Assembly (NCBI GenBank): GCA_951406725.2
Contig: OX597833.1
Span: forward strand, 62,806,001-62,870,000
Direction: 5' to 3'
DNA from: Octopus vulgaris
Taxonomy: Eukaryota
DNA length: 64,000 nucleotides
Shown here: piece after piece, positions 1-13,207 of the stretch
How the letters are laid out: each line of letters opens with the position of its first letter
Position numbering within the stretch: position 1 is the stretch's first letter
Position numbers and translations under genes: made by a program
The notes under the pieces: generated by a model
What the model was told of the DNA's origin: nothing
The model's database searches: none
Seen by the model: only the letters and a program-made list of their open reading frames with translations

Positions 1-35
<35 letters not shown>

Positions 36-302
36 CCATCATCATCACCATCATCATCATCATCATCATCACCATCATCATCATTATCATCATCAGCGTC
101 GTCATCATCATCATCATCATCATCATCATCACCATCATCATTACCACCACCATCATACTGCTGCTGCCACCATCGCTCTCAACATCACCCCCCCACCACT
201 ACACCCCCACCAGAATCATAATTGGCACCATAATGATGGTGCTGTAGTTGATAATGATGAAAACGCGTATATATTGATGACGATGATAATAAGGATGCTG
301 CT

Positions 303-333
<31 letters not shown>

Positions 334-355
334 ATGCTAATGATGATGATGATTA
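1..355. repeat. (CAT)n/(GAT)n trinucleotide microsatellite region
   Basis: Direct reading: catcatcat... and gatgatgat arrays with variants. Confidence 0.95.
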
Positions 356-411
356 CTGTTATTATTTAACAACTGTTCTTGGCAATTAAGAAATTTACCT
401 TGGCACTCATT

Positions 412-606
412 CATTCTCTCTCTCTCTCTCCTCTTTCCCTCTTATCCCCCCTTTTCTTAGTTTTTCTCCTTCTCTCTCTCTCTCTCTCTCTCACTCTTTC
501 TGTGTCTCTCTCTCTTACTCCCTTTCTCAGACTTTTTCTTTCTTTCTCTCTCTCTCTCTCTCTCTCTCTTTCTGTGTCTCTCTCCCTTACTCCCTTTCTC
601 AGTTTG

Positions 607-641
<35 letters not shown>

Positions 642-845
642 GTCTCCTTCTCTCTTACTCCCTTTCTCAGTTTTTCTCTTTCTCTCTGTCTCTCTCACTC
701 TCTTTCTGTATCTCCTTCTCTCTCCCTTTCAGTGTCTCCTTCTCTCTCTCTTTCTGTGTGTGTCTCTCTCTCTTTCTCTCTCCCTCTCTCACTCTTACTC
801 TTACTCTCTCTTTGCCCCCCCCTCTCTCCGTCCCACCCCTCTCCC
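412..845. repeat. (CT)n-rich low-complexity tract
   Basis: Degenerate CT dinucleotide repeats. Confidence 0.95.
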
Positions 846-1202
846 TATTTCAAAACCTATAAACCCAAAGTCATCTGTTTATCTAATGAATGGACCTGAC
901 AGCTGGAGTCAGGGGATCAGACAATTTATATAGAAATAACCCCTTAAAGCCTCCCTCTTGATTGGCTTTAGTAAAACAATCTTTGTTCAAGGGGACAGAT
1001 CCTTTAACAACTAACATGATGGATGTTATTGTATTTACATTCTGTGTGTGTGTGTGCATGTGTGCGTGTGTATGTGTGCATGTGTATGTGTGCGTGTGTA
1101 TGTGTGTATATATGCATGCATGTATGTGTGTGTGTGTGTGTGTGCGCATGTGTATGTATGCATGTATGCATGTGTGTGAGTGTGTGTGTAGGGGTTTATT
1201 AT

Positions 1203-1935
1203 CCTTTACTTGTTTTAGTCATTGGATTACAGCCATGCTGGAGCACTGCCTTGCAGGGTTTTGTTGAATAAATCAACCCCAGTATGTTTTCCCTTTAAAA
1301 TCAGGTCCTTATTCTATCAGTCTTTTTGGCTGAACTGCTAAGTTATGGGAATGTGAACAAACTAACATAAGTTATCGAATAGTAGTGGGGGACAAACACA
1401 AAGACACACACACAGATGCGCACACACACACACAGATGCACACACACACACACACACACAGACACACACACACACACACACAGAGGCACACACACACACA
1501 GAGGCACACACACACACAGAGGCACACACACACAGGCACACACACACACAGAGGCACACACACACGCACACAGAAGCACAGACACGCACACAGAGGCACA
1601 CACACGCACACAGAGGCTCACACACACGCACACAGAAGCACAGACACGCACACAGAGGCACACACACGCACACAGAGGCACACACACACACAGAGGCACA
1701 CACACACACACACAGAGGCACACACACACACAGAGACACACACACAGAGGCACACACACACACACACACACAGGCACTCACACACACAGAGGCACTCACA
1801 CAGACACATGCATGATGGGCTTCTACACAGTTTCTGTCCATGAAATTCACTCACGAGGCATTCATCACATCAACCCAGAGCTATAGAAGATGGCGCTTGC
1901 CCAAGTTGCCACGCTATGGAACTCAACCAAAAGCC
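1203..1935 (-). mobile_element. Degraded SINE family A copy whose internal microsatellite has expanded into a (CACACACAGAGG)-type minisatellite (about 1395-1808)
   Basis: Flanks match family A tail (cagccatgctggagcac) and core (cttgcccaag) on either side of the array. Confidence 0.75.
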
Positions 1936-2044
1936 ATGTGTGTGTGTGTGTGTGTTTATATGTCACAAGCGTGGCTATGTTAAGCAGCTCCCTCCCTAAC
2001 TACTTGACCCTGGATTGAGTCCCACTGTGTGGCACCTTGGGCAC

Positions 2045-2370
2045 CCCGGGACTTATTCTTTGTAAGCCCAGTACTTATTCTATCGGTCTCTTTTGCCGAA
2101 CTGCTAAGTGACGGGGACATAAACACACCAGCATCGGTTGTCAAGCAATGCTAGGAGGACAAACACAGACACACAAACATACACACACATATATACATAC
2201 ATATATACGACGGGCTTCTTTCAGTTTCCGTCTACCAAATCCACTGACAAGGCTTTGGTCGGCCCGAGGCTATAGTAGAAGACACTTGCTCAAGGTGCCA
2301 CACAGTGGGACTGAACCCGGAACCATGTGGTTGGTAAACAAGCTACTTACCACACAGCCACTCCTGCGCC
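2045..2370 (-). mobile_element. SINE family A (tRNA-derived head, CORE-like segment), 3'-truncated
   Basis: Near-identical reverse complement of 7873-8268. Confidence 0.9.
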
Positions 2371-2939
2371 TTGTGTGTAATTTTGGTAAACAGAAACTGA
2401 AAGAATCTTACAAAAGTAGTGTCAATATTCGTAAAGAATTTTCTTACCAAAAATAATTGTCCCGTTTGATTTGGTCTATCACCTTGGTGAGTTCCTATCC
2501 TCTGTCCACCCTTGGGTATCGTTGGGAGTGTCCACCCTTGGGTATCATTGGGAGTGTCCACTCTCAGGTAAGTATTCAGACCATTTGTGCAATCTGACCA
2601 TGGTTCAGTACCTTGATCTCTGAACCCTTCTGAATCAGCCCTTCAGTTGAGGTTTCTTCTTACCTTTACTCATATCCCCTTATCACAGGCTTCCAGAATG
2701 TTCCCTTCCTTCTTAGACTAAGCCTTGAAAAATATATAAAAAGAAATAAAAATAAAGTTTTGTAAATTTTTATTGTTGCTTTTTTTTTTTTTAAATGTTT
2801 CTTCATCCAGATTTTTCTACCGAATCATTGGTGCTTCTCTTCCAACATTGAGAATGGAAATAAAATATATTCCTCACTTTTGGTTGTTTCTGTCTTCTTA
2901 AGCATTTAACTTTTTTAGTATTCCGATCACCCTGTCAAA

Positions 2940-3270
2940 CCATCATCATCATCATTATCATTTAATGTCTGCTTTCCATGCTGGCATGGGTTGGATGGTT
3001 TGACAGGAGCTGGCTAGGAAGAAGGCTGCACCATGCTTCGCTGTCTGTTTTCGTATGGTGTTTACAGTTGGATGCCTTTCCTAACACCAACCACCCAGCA
3101 GGGTGGACAGAGTACTTTTTACATGGCACCAGCAAAGGTGAGGTCAGTTTTGGCAGGGTTTTCACTGCTGGATGCCCTTCCAAATGCCAACCACTTTACA
3201 TTGTGGACTGGATGCATTTTATGTGGCACCAGCACTGGCAGGGTCACCAAGTAACTTGCAAAACAAAGAC
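2940..3270 (-). mobile_element. Interspersed repeat with two internal copies of ggatgcc(c/t)ttcc.aa.gccaaccac, ending in a (ATG)n tail; probably SINE or RTE-related
   Basis: Internal duplication at about 3070 and 3170; abuts (CAT)n; family assignment is recollection only. Confidence 0.45.
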
Positions 3271-5202
3271 CCTTTGTGAGGGGAGAAAGGGCATTGAAGG
3301 AAATGATCTTGTGCCGAATGATGAAAGGTTAGAGTGTGACAGAGAGATATAAATGGAGTGTCTTGCTGTAGAGGAAGTACAGGGTTACCTGATGAGAGAG
3401 AGAGCAAAAGAGAGAGAAAAAGAAAGAGAGAATGGCATATATAATGTTTATTTGTTCACATTGTTTACAATTAATGCATAATTCTTTTTGTAGCTTCAAG
3501 ATTTCGACGTGATTCTATATTTTTAGGAGAACACTGTCAGGTAGGTACGAGAGGTCAGATCCGGCCAGGTTGAATGTAAGACAAGTGGAATATTTGTGCT
3601 GTAGCGAAGTGCTGCTCCGTGGTTTTAAAAACTTCTTTTCCAGGTTATTTCTCATGCTTTCAACGAATGTGACATCGAAATCATGCGTAAACGGCTTCTT
3701 TCCCTGGAAAAGGAGATTTGACTGATATTTCTTGCACGTCCTGCTACCACGTAGCAGCTATTTCGGATCCTTTATCGCAACTAACTGTTACGTGCTAGAA
3801 ATAGGAGCCAAATCTTTGGAGGTGAGATACATTGAATGCACTCGAAAAAAACTTATAGAAAAAAGTTATTTCACACCAAGGTTACGAACGGGTCTATTAC
3901 GAAATATTTACCGTATTTTTAAAGTCATTTTTATTTTAAAATATTTTTTAACTATGCCAAAAGAAATTTTTGTAATGCTATTCACTTGAAAATAATTTTA
4001 AAAAAACATAAAAATATTGTCTATTTAAAGAAAGCTAAAACATAAAGAACTTACTGAAAAAAAAACAACTTACATTTTTGAAATCACATTCACTTAGAAA
4101 TATTTCTAAATGATTAAAATATTGGGTTTAACAAAAGTGAAAATAGAAGCATTTGCTGTAAAAAGCAAATCGTATTCTTTCGTTGACAGGTCACTGTATC
4201 TAATCGAAAGGTAAGAGTTTCTTCTCTTTTAGGGTTAAGTTATTCTCGGAATATTTTCCCATTACGCACCGTTTTGGGTATTTATAGTTCGAAAACCCCT
4301 AATATCTCAACAACCACTTGTCCGATTTACGCGAAACTTGTTTTTGTTCTGTTCGTATTCACATTTCAGAGGAAACTTAATTCATAGTATTTTGCCATAT
4401 GTTTCAGTTTGGCTGAGTAACATTGCAAGCAAGCAAGCAATATTCAAGCTCACTTTTAATGTATTATAGATATTATCAGGAATTGTATGAAAAAAAAAAC
4501 CCTGTTAAAATGTTTTGTGTATTGCAGAAGTATAACTAATTTGCTGCACATAAACTTCAACAATAAAATCTTATACGGACCCCCAAAGGTCATGTGGCCC
4601 CCAGTCGAGAACCGTTGCTATAGTGTTACTCTGCCTACGCCTGTACTTTGAAAGACCTTTGCCAGTTAATAAAAATGTTATATTCGCTTTTGCATTACTT
4701 TAGGGACATCCCACGTCTATGTGTATATGTATATATATATATGTGTGTTTGAGTATATATCCATAATATACGTATATATACTCGTGTATATATATATATG
4801 TATGTATGTATACACATATATACACACATATATACTTACACATACGCTTACATATGTAATTTGTTCACCCACGTAGACCACACATTTATGCTATACATTC
4901 CTTCACATTGGTAATTGAAATAAGATCTTTCTGCCGTTGAGAAAATACGAAACATAAGAATTTGGTACTAAATGTTTGGTGCCAAAGGTCAAACTATAAT
5001 GGAAATATAAATGGTTTAACATCGCCATTTAAAGAGATTAAATTAATGTTTTTTTTCTGTCTTTTTCTAAACACTGTAATAATATTTTATTGTCGTCTTA
5101 ACAAAACTACTCGTGTATATAAACATAGATATATATAGACAGAGAGGTTTGTGGGAGGTAGAGAGGGAACGATACACAAATAGTAATATATATATTTATA
5201 TG

Positions 5203-5240
<38 letters not shown>

Positions 5241-5305
5241 CATATATACATATATATACATATACATACATACACATAACATAAATTTGTATGCAGGTAT
5301 ATATG

Positions 5306-5364
<59 letters not shown>

Positions 5365-5824
5365 CATGCACACATACGTTTATAGATCTATATACACGCA
5401 TACACTCTCACATATGTCATTTATAAAACATGCCAACATACGTACATACACATACATACATACATACATACATTCATAATACATACATACATACACGCAT
5501 ACATACATAATACATACATACATTCATAATACATACATACATACATTCATAATACATACATGCATACATACATACATACATACATACATACATACATACA
5601 TACATACATACATACATACATACATACATACATACATACATACATACGTACACACACAGTGCAAAAATAAACAAAAATAAAGTCGAAGACGAGACAAAAC
5701 CAGAATACGTTAGGTTTAAGTTGAAAGGAAATGATTTGAACTCAGGGAGTCGGAAGGTCAGAGCGAATTTCTCTAAACAACCAAACACGGTAACTGCCGT
5801 GAATTTGCCTTCAGACTTTTAAAT

Positions 5825-5950
5825 GTTTAAGTTGGTGAATGCAGCCATAATCCTTGCCGTCAGTTCATCTTTGGTGTTACAAGGAGTTTTGTTGGTCTCT
5901 CGCTCAACTGCGCCCCACACATAATAGTCAAGGGGGTTGCAGTCTGGGGG
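5825..5950 (-). pseudogene. Tc1/mariner-superfamily transposase C-terminal fragment
   Basis: Minus-strand translation PPDCNPLDYYVWGAVERETNKTPCNTKDELTARIMAAFTNLN resembles the SPDLNPLD..W motif around the third catalytic residue. Confidence 0.8.
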
Positions 5951-5956
5951 CGGGGG

Positions 5957-6075
5957 GAGCTTTAGGTGATTTTGCTCAATAAACACTCACAACCCCTCCC
6001 TCCGGTCTGGGAATCGAAACCGCGATCCTACGATCGTAAGTCCGCTGCCCTAACCACTGGGCCATTGCGCCTCCA
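5957..6075 (-). mobile_element. SINE family C head fragment
   Basis: Matches the head of 56223-56602, with A-box and B-box (ggtttcgattcc) on the minus strand. Confidence 0.85.
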
Positions 6076-6098
6076 CACACACACACACACACATATAT

Positions 6099-6406
6099 AT
6101 CACGTGATCACTGTGCCCAACCAGGCTATCAGATGTTGCTACACACCGCTGGTCACAATGCGCTTCACATTGTTTTAGCCTTCAAATGACGCTACCCCGC
6201 TGGCTAAGCGAGCAGGTCAACTGAAGAAAGAGTGAGAGAAAGTTGCGGCGAAAGAGTACAGCAGGGATCGACACCACCCCGTGCCGGAGCCCCGTGGAGC
6301 TTTAGGTGTTTTCGCTCAATAAACACTCACAACGCCCGGTCTTGGAATTGAAACCGCGATCCTACGACCGCGAGTCCGCTGCCCTAACCACTGGGTCATT
6401 GCGCCT

Positions 6407-6408
<2 letters not shown>
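6099..6408 (-). mobile_element. SINE with head C and an alternative tail (tail F)
   Basis: Head and body match 56223 onward up to ctttctctcactctt, then the sequence diverges. Confidence 0.85.
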
Positions 6409-6444
<36 letters not shown>

Positions 6445-6589
6445 AGGTAACCAGTAGCTACTCATCAGGCCAAAAATACCTTAATTACATGAAGGGTACA
6501 TTGAGGTATAATTTGAGAGGAGATCCTTTGGGATTCTTTACCGACAATGTAACCTTCGTATGATCAATGAAGACCTAGTAGAGTACCCC

Positions 6590-7130
6590 TCGTTGAATAA
6601 ATATTTACTTCTGAGTACCTGTTAGCCTAGATTTTACCAGCTCCACTCCTTCAATTTGAATTTTTATTCGTATTCATAGCAACCTTAGTTGTCAATCGTG
6701 AAGTATAAATAAACTTCTTTCATAAAATCGAATTTCGATATGGGAAAAGCCGACAACTGTCGACGTCAATAAATTAATATTGTTCCTGAAAGCTGTTTGT
6801 TTCTTTATACCTATCACGGATATATAATTGTGATTGTAAGGTCCGAGGATCGAAGCGTAGGAAGCTAGTAACCTTGAGCAGTCCGTGGTAGATATATATA
6901 AAACAAAAACAACTTTCCGGAACAATATTGATTGAGATCGATGGTTGTTGGCTTTTCCCATATCGAAACTCGATTTGATAAAAGAAGTTTATTTTTATAG
7001 TTCACAATTGACAACTGGGGTTGCTATGAATGCGAATAAAATTTCAAATCGAGCGAGTGGAGCTGGTTAAAATGCAAGCTACATATGTTTCGTAGCTAAC
7101 AGATCTTCGGAAATAATTATTATTCAACGA
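6590..7130. mobile_element. MITE or foldback element with ~230-250 bp imperfect inverted arms (6590-6820 and 6882-7130)
   Basis: Arms align by eye, e.g. tttcgatatgggaaaagcc / ggcttttcccatatcgaaa and ccagctccactc / gagtggagctgg. Confidence 0.85.
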
Positions 7131-7133
7131 AAA

Positions 7134-7385
7134 GCGGCGAGCTGGCAGAACCGTTAGCACGCCGGGCGAAATGCGTAGCCATATTTCGCCTGCCGTTACG
7201 TTCTGAGTTCAAATTCCGCCGAGGTCGACTTTGCCTCTCATCCTTTCGGGGTCGATTAAATAAGTACCAGTTACGTACTGGGGTCGATGTAATCGACTTA
7301 ATCCGTTTGTCTGTCCTTGTTTGTCCTCTCTGTGTTTAGCCCCTTGTGGGTAGTAAAGAAATAGGTATTTCGTCTGTCTTTACGT
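7134..7385 (+). mobile_element. SINE family B (tRNA-like head, conserved central domain, Tx1-like tail) plus the start of a second unit
   Basis: B-box gagttcaaattcc; central gcct.tcatcctttcggggtcgat..aataagtaccag; tail agccccttgtgggtagtaaagaaa. Confidence 0.9.
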
Positions 7386-7432
7386 ATTCCCCTTCTTCAG
7401 TTGTCCCTGTGTCATCTACTTCACGTTTCGAA

Positions 7433-7475
<43 letters not shown>

Positions 7476-7479
7476 TGTA

Positions 7480-7527
<48 letters not shown>

Positions 7528-7528
<1 letters not shown>

Positions 7529-7713
7529 CTAATCCAAACATGAAAACACAGCAACGCGAGGACGTGGAACAAATATAGTATTATTAGACGCTCAGGAAAG
7601 AAGGGAAGGAGGGTTTAACGTTTCGAGCGGAGCTCTTCGTCAGAAACATAGGAAAAGGAAAGATCCAGACAAGGGAAGACGGAGGAAAAAAACCGCCAAC
7701 GGTACACACGCGG

Positions 7714-7716
<3 letters not shown>
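7528..7716 (-). mobile_element. Short Penelope-pLTR-like element carrying a minimal hammerhead (7613-7647)
   Basis: Minus strand GTTT-CTGACGA-A-GAGC-TCC-GCTC-GAAAC-GTT-AAAC; second copy at 18730-18912. Confidence 0.75.
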
Positions 7717-7805
<89 letters not shown>

Positions 7806-7872
7806 CATCTGTTTGTTGTTTACACACCCGTCTTCGTCTTATGTTTTTTTTTTTGTAAATTCTCACTATATA

Positions 7873-8268
7873 GGCGCAGGAGTGGCTGTGTGGTAAGTAG
7901 CTTGCTAACCAACCACATGGTTCCGGGTTCAGTCCCACTGCGTGGCACCTTGGGCAAGTGTCTTCTGCTATAGCCCTGGGCCGACCAATGCCTTGTGAGT
8001 GGATTTGGTAGACGGGAACTGAAAGAAGCCTGTCGTATATATATGTATGTGTGTGTGTTTGTGTGTCTGTGTTTGTCCCCCTAGCATTGCTTGACAACCG
8101 ATGCTGGTGTGTTTACGTCCCGGTAACTTAGCGGTTCGGCAAAAGAGACCGATAGAATAAGTACTGGCCTTACAAAGAATAAGTCCCGGGGTCGATTTGC
8201 TCGATTAAAAGCGGTGCTCCAGCATGGCCGCAGTCAAATGACTGAAACAAATGAAAGAGAGTAAAAGA
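7873..8268 (+). mobile_element. SINE family A, full length
   Basis: A-box tggctgtgtgg, B-box ggttcagtccc, CORE-like ccttgggcaagtg, internal (TA)(TG) tract, tail hairpin cagtca-aa-tgactg, gtaaaaga end. Confidence 0.92.
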
Positions 8269-8461
8269 TATATATATATATATATATATATATGTATTGC
8301 ATACACATCTTTCTATATCCATACATGGATTATCATTGATACATACTTATCTATTATCTGTGCATGTGTGTCTATGTGCGTGTGTGTGTGGAGAGGCTGT
8401 GCTCGTACGCATGCGTATATCGATTGCTGAATCAGACCAGAGAGCATTCGATGCCAGCACA

Positions 8462-8608
8462 TTTCTTGAATAATTTATTCCGTAAGAAGTCTGAAATCCT
8501 AAAAGTCCATGTGTGATGATAACCTTTTATCACGCATCAATTATTTACGAAGTTTCACTGAACAACGATACACAAGATAAAACTACAATTCTGCATTCAT
8601 TTATAGAC
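8462..8608. repeat. ~145 bp unique-looking segment duplicated at 15024-15168
   Basis: Near-identical by direct comparison. Confidence 0.9.
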
Positions 8609-8786
8609 ATATATGTACACACACACACGACATATGTATACAATATATGCGTGAGTGTGCCTGTGTGTATGCATGTATATATATATATGTATATATATAA
8701 ATATATATATATATATACATACATACATACACATATGCATACATGAATATATTTTTAGTTTATGTCAATATATCTATGTATGTATG

Positions 8787-8818
<32 letters not shown>

Positions 8819-8841
8819 CATACACATACATACATACTTAC

Positions 8842-8877
<36 letters not shown>

Positions 8878-8970
8878 CTGTAGGCATGTGTATGTTTGCG
8901 AGTGTATGCAAACGTACGTGTTTATATATATACATTGTATGTATGAGTGCACACACACACACACACACAG

Positions 8971-9017
<47 letters not shown>

Positions 9018-9036
9018 CACACACACACATATATAT

Positions 9037-9186
9037 ATTTCTTTATTGCCTACAGTGGGCTAAATATAGAAGGGATAAGCAAGGAGAAACAAAGGGATTA
9101 AATCGATTACATCAACCCCAGTGCGTAACTGGTACTAATTTAATCGGTCCCGAAAGGATGAAAGGCAAAGTCGACCTCGGCGGAAC
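9037..9186 (-). mobile_element. SINE family B, 5'-truncated, between (TA)n tracts
   Basis: Reverse complement of family B body and tail. Confidence 0.8.
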
Positions 9187-9555
9187 GTATATATATATAT
9201 ATATATACATACACACACACACAAATATTCATTCATACATATATATACACACATACGTATATAGAAGAACAGAGTGAGAGTAAGACACACACACACACAC
9301 ACACACATACATATACGTGTGCGCGCGTGTAAGACCCTTCTTTCCACGGTACTTAAAGCTGTTTTTAATTGTTTCGTAGCTTAACGTTGTTTACCTTCTG
9401 GTAGAAAATCAAGAAGTCGGTTTTATAAAGTCTTTGGTCAATGAGTGAAATTGGTGTCGGCCAACAGAGGGCGTGGTGAGATTAACAGGAGGTCAATTGT
9501 TTAGTAATCCAAAAGGTTTAGCGGAAAGATAGAGAGAACGACAGAAAGAACCATT

Positions 9556-9611
<56 letters not shown>

Positions 9612-9978
9612 CAATAGAAAGACAGAAGGTGTTTGATTGTTTGGCTATCAAAAGAAAAGATACGATTGAGTTCTGACCAGCGGCTATGTGCATCGATCTG
9701 GTTTTTCAAAGAGCAGACGATACAAAGAAAATAACAACAAAACCACTAAACAAAACAAAAAAAAAGACAGACAGACAGACAAACAGACAAGCGTTGAAGA
9801 ATTTGGTCGTTAGGAAGGAGAGGAAGAAGGAAGAATGGAGAAATGAAACGTCTTTGGAAAAATGCTGTGAAGGTTATTTGAAAGAACACCGAGTTCTGTC
9901 CAAGAAAACGAAAGTTTCGCAGGAAAGAGACTTGTGAACGTACCATTATTGGCTCGACCATAAAGCAACATGAACACA

Positions 9979-10030
<52 letters not shown>

Positions 10031-10107
10031 CACACATATACACACACACACACTCAGACGCGTGTGTATACGATGTATATATGTGTGTATACGATGTATA
10101 TATATAA

Positions 10108-10336
10108 GGCGGCGAGCTGGTAGAAACGTTAGCACGCCGGGCGAAATTCGTAGCCGTATTTCGTCTGTCGTTACGTTCCGAGTTCAAATTCCGCCGAGGT
10201 CGACTTTGCCTTTCATCCATTCGGGGTCGATAAATTAAGTACCAGTTACGCACTGGGGTCGATGTAGTCGACTTAATCCCTTTGTCTGTCCTTGTTTGTC
10301 CCCTCTGTGTTTAGCCCCTTGTGGGTAGTAAAGAAA
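10108..10336 (+). mobile_element. SINE family B monomer inserted in (TA)n
   Basis: Full head, body and tail; tatata on both sides. Confidence 0.92.
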
Positions 10337-10469
10337 TATATATATGTATGTGTGTGCGTATTTGTGTGAGTGTGTGTATGTGCGTGTGTATATATATATA
10401 TACACACACACACAAACACAGACACACACACACACTCTTTCACATTCGCTTGCTTTCTCCCCCAAAATT

Positions 10470-10685
10470 TAATGCTCTTAGCTTAGAGTTTTGGGGCCAG
10501 TCAGATTTGAACAGTCTCAAGTGTAACCGGCCAAAACTGTAAGGATAATTTGGCAACTTGACTGATGAGATGAAGCTACGAATGACCCGTTCTTGTTTTT
10601 TCCTATCCGTCTTTTTTTATTGTTTTTCCTGTCCGTGTTTGTATCGTCTATCTGTCCAGATGTTTTATTGTCGTCCATTTTATGT
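10470..10685 (+). mobile_element. Short interspersed element family J with a CTGANGA...CGAAT motif; related copies at about 38955-39190, 42098-42230, 43915-44060
   Basis: Shared acttgactga.ga and T-rich tail; 10480-10600 aligns with 38960-39090. Confidence 0.65.
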
Positions 10686-10770
10686 ATATATATATATATA
10701 TATATAAATCTATAACTATTTATCAATTTGTGTATATATGTATGTAGGTATCTATCTATCCATCTGTCTG

Positions 10771-10911
<141 letters not shown>

Positions 10912-11121
10912 ATGTCTGTCTGTCTGTCTGTCTGTCTCTCTATATATTCTGTAGAGTAAGAATAAAAGTTATATATATATATATATATATATATATCCAT
11001 CTTTTGAGTTCTATTTTCCTGTTTCTGCCTTTGTATCATTAAACCTCTCTATGTATGTATGTATGTATGTATGTATGTATGTATGTATGTATGTATGTAT
11101 GTATGTATGCATGTATGTATG

Positions 11122-11155
<34 letters not shown>

Positions 11156-11559
11156 TGTATGTATGTATCTATAAATATATATATATAGAGAGAGAGAGAG
11201 AAAAAGAAACAGAGAGAGAGAGTGGTGGGGGAAAGAAAGGGAAACACGAGATGGCGGGAGGGAGGAGTGAAAGATATTGTAATATTAACTCATTGAGAAA
11301 GAAATAGTTCAACAGTACTTAATCTCTGGATTAAGTATTAATCCTAATCCGAGACAATTTACTGTATTCAGATATCACTGACATAATCTTATCTCCTACT
11401 AGTCCAATTCTATTATAATCTTCTTCCTGATCTTTCTTTATTAAAAAAAAGCTCAGATGATTAATTCCGCGTGTTTTCCTATGTTTCAAGGTTAAAGGTT
11501 GAGGTCTGTTATTAAAGAATTACTTATTTTACTTCAGTGTCAGACACAGTTTCCAAAAT

Positions 11560-12190
11560 TTAAATCCATTTGAACAAAAGCTTGCAGTTTCGACGATGTT
11601 CAAGCTTTCAAGAAGGTTTGTAATTTAGTTATCCTTCAATTTCTATATATACCGAGGCAAAGTGGTAGAGTTGATTCTATCCCTAGTTCTGGAGGTGTGA
11701 GTAGAGTCGGAGACCATGGGATTGCACCTAGAAAGTTACCTTCCTAGACACAAGTCCGGGCGAGGTTGTTTATGGAAGACCAGCAGTCGCCCATGCATAC
11801 CGGCCTCCCCTCTCCACGCCACCAGTGTTATCCAAGGGAAAGACAAAGGTCGATACAGCTTGGCACCAGTGACGTCGCAACTCATTTCTACAGCTGAATG
11901 AACTGGAGCAACGTGAAATAAAGTGCCTTGCTCAAGAACACAACACGCAGCCCGGTCCGGGATTCGAGCTCACAACCTCACGATCGTAAGCTCGACGCTC
12001 TAACCACTGAGCCATGTGAGTAGAGTGTTCCCTGTGTATCCAGTTAATTTAATTAATTCGAACAAGTGATTGCAGTTTCGATAATCTTCAAGCTTATAGG
12101 GATGAGTGTAATTTCGTTATCCTTCAATTTCCAGACATATCAAGACAAAGACTTGGAGTTGATTTTATCTCTACTTCTGAAAGTTTAAGT
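11560..12190 (-). pseudogene. Decayed tandem duplication (~170 bp period once the SINE is removed) with LRR-like residue pattern
   Basis: 11565-11700 aligns with 12055-12190; minus-strand pieces LCLDMSGN and LKDNEITLIP; many stops. Confidence 0.3.
11708..12014 (-). mobile_element. SINE head D + tail E with 12-bp target-site duplication
   Basis: tgtgagtagagt at 11696-11707 and 12015-12026; tRNA-like boxes and CORE-like tgtgttcttgagcaaggcacttt on the minus strand. Confidence 0.9.
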
Positions 12191-12539
12191 GTGTCATGTA
12201 TATTCAACTTTAAACGTATTTTGCATTAATGCTGTGTAGCTCTTCGCAGTTTGACCCGCTCTGAAATCAATACCGTCCCTGCGGCCCTGCAGCGTCATCG
12301 AATTTAATGCCGTATTCAAATGGATCAAAGGGAATCAATACTTCAATACGATGAATAGAGAAAAAACCAAACAACTAGAAATATCAAATATGTGCCGGCA
12401 TATGAACGAATTCCTCTTTAACAATCTCTTCAATAGCTTTAAAGATTTTTTTGTCTAACTAAAACTAACTTGGCAATATTACATGGTAATTTCTCAGGAA
12501 ATTTTTCTTACAATTAGAAGAACTTCCTGATACGATGAA

Positions 12540-12960
12540 ATTCAGTAAGGTTGGATTTCTTCGGGGGTGTATAGACAGCATTCGTCTCTATGGAGTCGAT
12601 GTCTGGTCTATAAAGAAACTGCTTCAATATCACCTTGATGGTACGTACACCAAACTTCACATGAAGACTTAGAACATCTTACAGTGTGGGCACAAAGCCA
12701 AACAGGAGATTTTCGTACACATTCCACTCATTTCTGCTATTGTTGATCCGCTTTTGTTAGGTTTCGCCGGTCATAGCTCCCGTACTAAACAACAGACCAT
12801 ATCGGAGGTTATGTTTTGGAGATAATTGCACCCTCGTAGAAGACAAAGGTCAGTCAGCTACGTTGATATTATTGATTGAGAAACAGAGTATGCAAATGAG
12901 GACCGACCTAGCTTTAATAGAGTACAGGTTCCTGGAAAAGCGCTATGGGCCACATCTTAG
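12540..12960 (+). pseudogene. Degenerate RTE-clade LINE, C-terminal ORF region
   Basis: Translation LYGVDVW...LDGTYTKL...LGFAGHSSR...EVMFW with stops resembles RTE LYGSETW/LDG.YTR/RFAGH motifs. Confidence 0.7.
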
Positions 12961-13207
12961 TTATGGCTTTTTGAAGACAAAATGAAAAACCTTCTCTGTA
13001 CAGCTCTACACTGAATACTTAAAAAACACCAAATAGTTCAAAGTTACCACCACCGTCACTATCATCCTCACCATCACCACACCGCCACAAAGACTACCAC
13101 GTCGACCATGATGACCACGACCACTACAGCAACCATCACCACTACCATCCTCGCCGACCCCTCCTGAACGAATAAATATCTATTGAATATCTTTCCCTCC
13201 CGTTTCA

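Noticed and set aside
3690-4625. Possible Helitron-like and hAT-like ends; also Tc1-like ends at about 26920-26948 and 61465-61488
   Set aside because: Only single termini recognised by impression, with no matching partner end or TSD in the window.
6447-6475. Minus-strand CTGATGAG as a hammerhead
   Set aside because: No downstream GAAA or stems; cut off by a microsatellite.
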